From Auanema rhodensis (Eukaryota; Animalia; Nematoda): a stretch of DNA of 64,000 nt. The notes under the pieces were generated by a model that was not told the DNA's origin, made no database searches, and saw only the letters and a list, made by a program, of their open reading frames with translations. A program made the position numbers and the translations under genes. The stretch covers positions 21,452,001 to 21,516,000 of the forward strand of contig OZ059900.1 of NCBI GenBank assembly GCA_964057225.1, in the 5' to 3' direction. Shown in pieces: positions 54,401-64,000 of this stretch; the first letter of the stretch is position 1, and each line of letters opens with the position of its first letter.

Positions 54401-57400
54401 TGAGGGCACGCCCCTTATGGCTAATATTGATTAAATCGATTTTTGTTCATATGAGTCGTCAAATGCAACGAATTTCAGCGTGTTACATACTAAAATGAAG
54501 TATTTTACATGCTGAACACTAGAGAAATACAAAAACACAGTATTTCCCATAAGAAATATTTTATTATGCTGGAAAACCAGTTTTTGGAAATTTCGCTGTA
54601 AACAAGGTTTTGACTTACGATTTCATGTGTTCAAACTCATGCAATGTCAATAAAACCTAGCTCAAAATTGTTCGTACAACGTCTAGTTCCACTTTCACGA
54701 CAAAAAAACAGGGGTTAGAAAATTTAGGAAATTAGCATATTCTGAGGGCACGCCCCTTATGGCTAATATTGATTAAATCGATTTTTGTTCATATGAGTCG
54801 TCAAATGCAACGAATTTCAGCGTATTACAAACTAAAATGAAGTATTTCACATGCTGAACACTAGAAAAATACAAAAACACAGTATTTCCCATGAGAAATA
54901 TTTTATTATGCTGGAAAACCAGTTTTTGGAAATTTCGCTGTAAACAAGGTTTTGACTTACGATTTCATGTGTTCAAACTCATGCAATGTCAATGAAACCT
55001 TGCTCAAAATTGTTCCTACAACGTCTAGTTCCACTTTCACGACAAAAAAACAGGGGTTAGAAAATTTAGGAAATTAGCATATTCTGAGGGCACGCCCCTT
55101 ATGGCTAATATTGATTAAATCGATTTTTGTTCATATGAGTCGTCAAATGAAACGAATTTCAGGGTGTTACATACTAAAATGAAGCATTTTACATGCTGAA
55201 CACTATAAAAATACAAAAACACAGTATTTCCCATGAGAAATATTTTATTATGCTGGAAAACCAGTTTTTGGAAAGTTCGCTGTAAACAAGGTTTTGACTT
55301 ACGATTTCATGTGTTCAAACTCATGCAATGTCAATGAAACCTAGCTCAAAATTGTTCCTACAACGTCTAATTCCACTTTCACGACAAAAAAACAGGGGTT
55401 AGAAAATTAAGGAAATTAGCACATTCTGAGGGCACGCCCCTTATGGCTAATATTGATTAAATCGATTTTTGTTCATATGAGTCGTCAAATGCAACGAATT
55501 TCAGCGTGTTACATACTAAAATGAAGTATTTTACATGCTGAACACTAGAAAAATACAAAAACACAGTATTTCCCATGAGAAATATTTTATTATGCTGGAA
55601 AACCAGTTTTTGGAAATTTCGCTGTAAACAAGGTTTTGACTTACGATTTCATGTGTTCAAACTCATGCAATGTCAATGAAACCTAGCTCAAAATTGTTCC
55701 TACAACGTCTAGTTCCACTTTCACGACAAAAAAACAGGGGTTAGAAAATTTAGGAAATTAGCATATTCTGAGGGCACGCCCCTTATGGCTAATATTGATT
55801 AAATCGATTTTTGTTCATATGAGTCGTCAAATGCAACGAATTTCAGCGTATTACAAACTAAAATGAAGTATTTCACATGCTGAACACTAGAAAAATACAA
55901 AAACACAGTATTTCCCATGAGAAATATTTTATTATGCTGGAAAACCAGTTTTTGGAAAGTTCGCTGTAAACAAGGTTTTGACTTACGATTTCATGTGTTC
56001 AAACTCATGCAATGTCAATGAAACCTAGCTCAAAATTGTTCCTACAACGTCTAATTCCACTTTCACGACAAAAAAACAGGGGTTAGAAAATTAAGGAAAT
56101 TAGCACATTCTGAGGGCACGCCCCTTATGGCTAATATTGATTAAATCGATTTTTGTTCATATGAGTCGTCAAATGCAACGAATTTCAGCGTGTTACATAC
56201 TAAAATGAAGTATTTTACATGCTGAACACTAGAGAAATACAAAAACACAGTATTTCCCATAAGAAATATTTTATTATGCTGGAAAACCAGTTTTTGGAAA
56301 TTTCGCTGTAAACAAGGTTTTGACTTACGATTTCATGTGTTCAAACTCATGCAATGTCAATGAAACCTAGCTCAAAATTGTTCGTACAACGTCTAGTTCC
56401 ACTTTCACGACAAAAAAACAGGGGTTAGAAAATTAAGGAAATTAGCATATTCTGAGGGCACGCCCCTTATGGCTAATATTGATTAAATCGATTTTTGTTC
56501 ATATGAGTAGTCAAATGCAACGAATTTCAGCGTGTTACATACTTAAATGAAGCATTTTACATGCTGAACACTAGAAAAATACAAAAACACAGTATTTCCC
56601 ATGAGAAATATTTTATTATACTGGAAACCAGTTTTTGGAATTTTCGCTGTAAACAAGGTTTTGACTTACAATTTCATGTGTTCAAACTCATGCAATGTCA
56701 ATGAAACCTAGCTCAAAATTGTTCGTACAACGTCTAGTTCCACTTTCACGACAAAAAAACAGGGGTTAGAAAATTAAGGAAATTAGCATATTCTGAGGGC
56801 ACGCCCCTTATGGCTAATATTGATTAAATCGATTTTTGTTCATATGAGTCGTCAAATGAAACGAATTTCAGGGTGTTACATACTAAAATGAAGCATTTTA
56901 CATGCTGAACACTATAAAAATACAAAAACACAGTATTTCCCATGAGAAATATTTTATTATGCTGGAAAACCAGTTTTTGGAAAGTTCGCTGTAAACAAGG
57001 TTTTGACTTACGATTTCATGTGTTCAAACTCATGCAATGTCAATGAAACCTAGCTGAAAATTGTTCCTACAACGTCTAATTCCACTTTCACGACAAAAAA
57101 ACAGGGGTTAGAAAATTAAGGAAATTAGCACATTCTGAGGGCACGCCCCTTATGGCTAATATTGATTAAATCGATTTTTGTTCATATGAGTCGTCAAATG
57201 CAACGAATTTCAGCGTGTTACATACTAAAATGAAGTATTTTACATGCTGAACACTAGAAAAATACAAAAACACAGTATTTCCCATGAGAAATATTTTATT
57301 ATGCTGGAAAACCAGTTTTTGGAAATTTCGCTGTAAACAAGGTTTTGACTTACGATTTCATGTGTTCAAACTCATGCAATGTCAATGAAACCTAGCTCAA

Positions 57401-58443
57401 AATTGTTCCTACAACGTCTAGTTCCACTTTCACGACAAAAAAACAGGGGTTAGAAAATTTAGGAAATTAGCATATTCTGAGGGCACGCCCCTTATGGCTA
57501 ATATTGATTAAATCGATTTTTGTTCATATGAGTCGTCAAATGCAACGAATTTCAGCGTATTACAAACTAAAATGAAGTATTTCACATGCTGAACACTAGA
57601 AAAATACAAAAACACAGTATTTCCCATGAGAAATATTTTATTATGCTGGAAAACCAGTTTTTGGAAAGTTCGCTGTAAACAAGGTTTTGACTTACGATTT
57701 CATGTGTTCAAACTCATGCAATGTCAATGAAACCTAGCTCAAAATTGTTCCTACAACGTCTAATTCCACTTTCACGACAAAAAAACAGGGGTTAGAAAAT
57801 TAAGGAAATTAGCACATTCTGAGGGCACGCCCCTTATGGCTAATATTGATTAAATCGATTTTTGTTCATATGAGTCGTCAAATGCAACGAATTTCAGCGT
57901 GTTACATACTAAAATGAAGTATTTTACATGCTGAACACTAGAGAAATACAAAAACACAGTATTTCCCATAAGAAATATTTTATTATGCTGGAAAACCAGT
58001 TTTTGGAAATTTCGCTGTAAACAAGGTTTTGACTTACGATTTCATGTGTTCAAACTCATGCAATGTCAATGAAACCTAGCTCAAAATTGTTCGTACAACG
58101 TCTAGTTCCACTTTCACGACAAAAAAACAGGGGTTAGAAAATTAAGGAAATTAGCATATTCTGAGGGCACGCCCCTTATGGCTAATATTGATTAAATCGA
58201 TTTTTGTTCATATGAGTAGTCAAATGCAACGAATTTCAGCGTGTTACATACTTAAATGAAGCATTTTACATGCTGAACACTAGAAAAATACAAAAACACA
58301 GTATTTCCCATGAGAAATATTTTATTATGCTGGAAACCAGTTTTTGGAATTTTCGCTGTAAACAAGGTTTTGACTTACGATTTCATGTGTTCAAACTCAT
58401 GCAATGTCAATAAAACCTAGCTCAAAATTGTTCGTACAACGTC
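45452..58443 (+). repeat. 16-mer higher-order repeat (5471 bp), ~2.4 copies, built from 5/6/5-monomer subunits
   Basis: ttacaat at 45728, 51199 and 56670 (5471, 5471). caataaaacc at 47471, 52942 and 58412 (5471, 5470). Unit starts are 45452, 50923 and 56394. Confidence 0.85.
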
Positions 58444-61400
58444 TAGTTCCACTTTCACGACAAAAAAACAGGGGTTAGAAAATTTAGGAAATTAGCATAT
58501 TCTGAGGGCACGCCCCTTATGGCTAATATTGATTAAATCGATTTTTGTTCATATAAGTCGTCAAATGCAACGAATTTCAGCGTGTTACATACTAAAATGA
58601 AGTATTTTACATGCTGAACACTAGAAAAATACAAAAACACAGTATTTCCCATGAGAAATATTTTATTATGCTGGAAAACCAGTTTTTGGAAATTTCGCTG
58701 TAAACAAGGTTATGACTTACGATTTCATGTGTTCAAACTCATGCAATGTCAATGAAACCTAGCTCAAAATTGTTCGTACAACGTCTAGTTCCACTTTCAC
58801 GACAAAAAAACAGGGGTTAGAAAATTTAGGAAATTAGCATATTCTGAGGGCACGCCCCTTATGGCTAATATTGATTAAATCGATTTTTGTTCATATGAGT
58901 CGTCAAATGCAACGAATTTCAGCGTGTTACATACTAAAATGAAGTATTTTACATGCTGAACACTAGAAAAATACAAAAACACAGTATTTCCCATGAGAAA
59001 TATTTTATTATGCTGGAAAACCAGTTTTTGGAAATTTCGCTGTAAACAAGGTTTTGACTTACGATTTCATGTGTTCAAACTCATGCAATGTCAATGAAAC
59101 CTAGCTCAAAATTGTTCCTACAACGTCTAGTTCCACTTTCACGACAAAAAACAGGGGTTAGAAAATTAAGGAAATTAGCATATTCTGAGGGCACGCCCCT
59201 TATGGCTAATATTGATTAAATCGATTTTTGTTCATATGAGTCGTCAAATGCAATGAATTTCAGCGTGTTACATACTAAAATGAACCATTTTACATGCTGA
59301 ACACTAGAAAAATACAAAAACACAGTATTTCCCATGAGAAATATTTTATTATGCTGGAAAACCACTTTTTGGAAATTTCGCTGTAAACAAGGTTTTGACT
59401 TACGATTTCATGTGTTCAAACTCATGCAATGTCAATGAAACCTAGCTCAAAACTGTTCCTACAACGTCTAGTTCCACTTTCACGACAAAAAAACAGGGGT
59501 TAGAAAATTAAGGAAATTAGCATATTCTGAGGGCACGACCTTTATGGCTAATATTGATTAAATCGATTTTTGTTCATATGAGTCGTCAAATGCAACGAAT
59601 TTCAGCGTGTTACATACTAAAGTGAAGCATTTTACATGCTGAACACTATAAAAATACAAAAACACAGTATTTCCCATGAGAAATATTTTATTATGCTGGA
59701 AAACCAGTTTTTGGAAATTTCGCTGTAAACAAGGTTTTGACTTACGATTTCATGTGTTCAAACTCATGCAATGTCAATGAAACCTAGCTCAAAACTGTTC
59801 GTACAACGTCTAGTTCCACTTTCACGACAAAAAAACAGGGGTTAGAAAATTTAGGAAATTAGCATATTCTGAGGGCACGCCCCTTATGGCTAATATTGAT
59901 TAAATCGATTTTTGTTCATATGAGTCGTCAAATGCAACGAATTTCAGCGTGTTACATACTAAAATGAAGTATTTTACATGCTGAACACTAGAAAAATACA
60001 AAAACACAGTATTTCCCATAAGAAATATTTTATTATGCTGGAAAACCAGTTTTTGGAAATTTCGCTGTAAACAAGGTTTTGACTTACGATTTCATGTGTT
60101 CAAACTCATGCAATGTCAATGAAACCTAGCTCAAAATTGTTCGTACAACGTCTAGTTCCACTTTCACGACAAAAAAACAGGGGTTAGAAAATTAAGGAAA
60201 TTAGCATATTCTGAGGGCACGCCCCTTATGGCTAATATTGATTAAATCGATTTTTGTTCATATGAGTCGTCAAATGCAACGAATTTCAGCGTGTTACATA
60301 CTGAAATGAAGCATTTTACATGCTGAACACTAGAAAAATACAAAAACACAGTTTTTCCCATGAGAAATATTTTATTATGCTGGAAAACCAGTTTTTGGAA
60401 ATTTCGCTGTAAACAAGGTTTTGACTTACGATTTCATGTGTTCAAACTCATGCAATGTCAATGAAACCTAGCTCAAAACTGTTCGTACAACGTCTAGTTC
60501 CACTTTCACGACAAAAAAACAGGGGTTAGAAAATTTAGGAAATTAGCATATTCTGAGGGCACGCCCCTTATGGCTAATATTGATTAAATCGATTTTTGTT
60601 CATATGAGTCGTCAAATGCAACGAATTTCAGCGTGTTACATACTAAAATGAAGTATTTTACATGCTGAACACTAGAAAAATACAAAAACACAGTATTTCC
60701 CATAAGAAATATTTTATTATGATGGAAAACCAGTTTTTGGAAATTTCGCTGTAAACAAGGTTTTGACTTACGATTTCATGTGTTCAAACTCATGCAATGT
60801 CAATGAAACCTTGCTCAAAATTGTTCCTACAACGTCTAGTTACACTTTCACGACAAAAAAACAGGGGTTAGAAAATTAAGGAAATTAGCATATTCTGAGG
60901 GCACGCCCCTTATGGCTAATATTGATTAAATCGATTTTTGTGCATATGAGTCGTCAAATGCAACGAATTTCAGCGTGTTACATACTAAAATGAAGTATTT
61001 TACATGCTGAACACTAGAAAAATACAAAAACACAGTATTTCCCATGAGAAATATTTTATTATGCTGGAAAACCAGTTTTTGGAAATTTCGCTGTAAACAA
61101 GGTTTTGACTTACGATTTCATGTGTTCAAACTCATGCAATGTCAATGAAACCTAGCTCAAAATTGTTCGTACAACGTCTAGTTCCACTTTCACGACAAAA
61201 AAACAGGGGTTAGAAAATTAAGGAAATTAGCATATTCTGAGGGCACGCCCCTTATGGCTAATATTGATTAAATCGATTTTTGTTCATATGAGTCGTCAAA
61301 TGCAACGAATTTCAGCGTGTTACACACTAAAATGAAGCATTTTACATGCTGAACACTAGAAAAATACAAAAACACAGTATTTCCCATGAGAAATATTTTA

Positions 61401-64000
61401 TTATACTGGAAACCAGTTTTTGGAATTTTCGCTGTAAACAAGGTTTTGACTTACGATTTCATGTGTTCAAACTCATGCAATGTCAATGAAACCTAGCTCA
61501 AAATTGTTCCTACAACGTCTAGTTCCACTTTCACGACAAAAAAACAGGGGTTAGAAAATTTAGGAAATTAGCATATTCTGAGGGCACGCCCCTTATGGCT
61601 AATATTGATTAAATCGATTTTTGTTCATATGAGTCGTCAAATGCAACGAATTTCAGCGTGTTACATACTAAAATGAAGCATTTTACATGCTGAACACTAG
61701 AAAAATACAAAAACACAGTTTTTCCCATGAGAAATATTTTATTATGCTGGAAAACCAGTTTTTGGAAATTTCGCTGTAAACAAGGTTTTGACTTACGATT
61801 TCATGTGTTCAAACTCATGCAATGTCAATGAAACCTAGCTCAAAATTGTTCGTACAACGTCTAGTTCCACTTTCACGACAAAAAAACAGGGGTTAGAAAA
61901 TTTAGGAAATTAGCATATTCTGAGGGCACGCCCCTTATGGCTAATATTGATTAAATCGATTTTTGTTCATATGAGTCGTCAAATGCAACGAATTTCATCG
62001 TGTTACATACTAAAATGAAGTATTTTACATGCTGAACACTAGAAAAATACAAAAACACAGTATTTCCCATGAGAAATATTTTATTATGCTGGAAAACCAG
62101 TTTTTGGAAGTTTCGCTGTAAACAAGGTTTTGACTTACGATTTCATGTGTTCAAACTCATGCAATGTCAATGAAACCTAGCTCAAAATTGTTCCTACAAC
62201 GTCTAATTCCACTTTCACGACAAAAAAACAGGGGTTAGAAAATTAAGGAAATTAGCATATTCTGAGGGCACGCCCCTTATGGCTAATATTGATTAAATCG
62301 ATTTTTGTTCATATGAGTCGTCAAATGCAACGAATTTCAGCGTGTTACATACTAAAATGAAGCATTTTACATGCTGAACACTAGAAAAATACAAAAACAC
62401 AGTATTTCCCATGAGAAATATTTTATTATGCTGGAAAACCAGTTTTTGGAAATTTCGCTGTAAACAAGGTTTTGACTTACGATTTCATGTGTTCAAACTC
62501 ATGCAATGAAAATGAAACCTAGCTCAAAATTGTTCCTACAACGTCTAGTTCCACTTTCACGACAACAAAACAGGGGTTAGAAAATTAAGGAAATTAGCAT
62601 ATTCTGAGGGCACGCCCCTTATGGCTAATATTGATTAAATCGATTTTTGTTCATATGAGTCGTCAAATGCAACGAATTTCAGCCTGTTACATACTAAAAT
62701 GAAGCATTTCACATGCTGAACACTAGAAAAATACAAAAACACAGTATTTCCCATGAGAAATATTTTATTATGCTGGAAAACCAGTTTTTGGAAAGTTCGC
62801 TGTAAACAAGGTTTTGACTTACGATTTCATGTGTTCAAACTCATGCAATGTCAATGAAACCTAGCTCAAAATTGTTCGTACAACGTCTAGTTCCACTTTC
62901 ACGACAAAAAAACAGGGGTTAGAAAATTAAGGAAATTAGCATATTCTGAGGGCACGCCCCTTATGGCTAATATTGATTAAATCGATTTTTGTTCATATGA
63001 GTCGTCAAATGCAATTAATTTCAGCGTGTTACATACTAAAATGAAGCATTTTACATGCTGAACACTAAAAAAATACAAAAACACAGTATTTCCCATGAGA
63101 AATATTTTATTATGCTGGAAAACGAGTTTTTGGAAATTTCGCTGTAAACAAGGTTTTGACTTACGATTTCATGTGTTCAAACTCATGCAATGTCAATGAA
63201 ACCTAGCTCAAAATTGTTCCTACAACGTCTAGTTCCACTTTCACGACAAAAAAACAGGGGTTAGAAAATTAAGGAAATTAGCATATTCTGAGGGCACGCC
63301 CCTTATGGCTAATATTGATTAAATCGATTTTTGTTCATATGAGTCGTCAAATGCAACGAATTTCAGCGTGTTACATACTAAAATGAAGCATTTTACATGC
63401 TGAACACTAGAAAAATACAAAAACACAGTATTTCCCATGAGAAATATTTTATTATGCTGGAAAACCAGTTTTTGGAAATTTCGCTGTAAACAAGGTTTTG
63501 ACTTACGATTTCATGTGTTCAAACTCATGCAATGTCAATGAAACCTAGCTCAAAATTGTTCCTACAACGTCTAGTTCCACTTTCACGACAAAAAAACAGG
63601 GGTTAGAAAATTTAGGAAATTAGCATATTCTGAGGGCACGCCCCTTATGGCTAATATTGATTAAATCGATTTTTGTTCATATGAGTCGTCAAATGCAACG
63701 AATTTCAGCGTGTTACATACTAAAATGAAGTATTTTACATGCTGAACACTAGAAAAGTACAAAAACACAGTATTTCCCATAAGAAATATTTTATTATACT
63801 GGAAACCAGTTTTTGGAATTTTCGCTGTAAACAAGGTTTTGACTTACGATTTCATGTGTTCAAACTCATGCAATGTCAATGAAACCTAGCTCAAAATTGT
63901 TCGTACAACGTCTAGTTCCACTTTCACGACAAAAAAACAGGGGTTAGAAAATTAAGGAAATTAGCATATTCTGAGGGCACGCCCCTTATGGCTAATATTG
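57761..64000 (+). repeat. Long-range duplicate of the monomer series at ~21191-29480
   Basis: The same ordered series of rare markers occurs at offset 36570 (gagaaat, atataag, ggttatg, gaccttt) and then at 34519-34520 (aatgaaaatg, gacaacaa, aacgag, aaaagtac). Confidence 0.88.

Larger units (their letters stand above)
1..64000. repeat. Satellite DNA tandem array, ~342-bp monomer, ~187 head-to-tail copies, probably (peri)centromeric or heterochromatic
   Basis: The motif TA(G/A)TTCCACTTTCACGAC recurs at 1, 342, 683, 1025 ... 63913 with a 340-343 bp period. Copies differ by only a few SNPs or 1-bp indels (A6/A7 tract, GGAAAAC/GGAAAC). No unique sequence interrupts the array. The centromeric location is inferred, not shown. 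Confidence 0.98.

Noticed and set aside
1-64000. Repeat-encoded long ORF, since 342 is divisible by 3
   Set aside because: All six frames contain stop codons within the first ~50 bp of the consensus monomer (TAG, TAA, TAG forward; TTA, TTA, TCA read as reverse-strand stops), and 1-bp indels shift the frame.
1-64000. CRISPR array or other repeat-spacer system
   Set aside because: There are no unique spacers, the entire unit is repeated, and no cas or other genes are present.
1-64000. Whole array as an assembly artefact
   Set aside because: Copies carry hierarchical shared variants plus private SNPs, as real arrays do. Individual junctions still need read validation.
1-64000. Monomer variant order as a functional information code
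   Set aside because: The patterns are explained by nested duplication, deletion and conversion. Nothing in the sequence indicates a read-out mechanism.

Overview
The whole 64,000-bp window is one uninterrupted, head-to-tail, single-orientation tandem array of an AT-rich satellite DNA. The monomer is about 342 bp (observed range 340-343 bp; ~34% GC counted in monomer 1), giving about 187 full monomers plus an 88-bp partial copy. I see no genes, RNA genes, transposon insertions, CRISPR spacers or inversions, and all six reading frames hit stop codons within a monomer. It resembles eukaryotic (peri)centromeric satellite, but I cannot name the family or host from sequence alone. The structure of interest lies in the order of monomer variants, tracked by eye using diagnostic SNPs and indels. 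These show nested higher-order repeats (3-, 5-, 7-, 9-, 10- and 16-mer periods), three different tandem duplications with the same ~2.39-kb step, long-range duplications at ~22 kb and ~34.5-36.6 kb offsets, chimeric monomers and length-neutral monomer replacements. The monomer itself shows traces of an ancestral 2 x ~171-bp dimer, many dyad symmetries and a degenerate CENP-B-box-like 17-mer. No gene-encoded novel system is supported.
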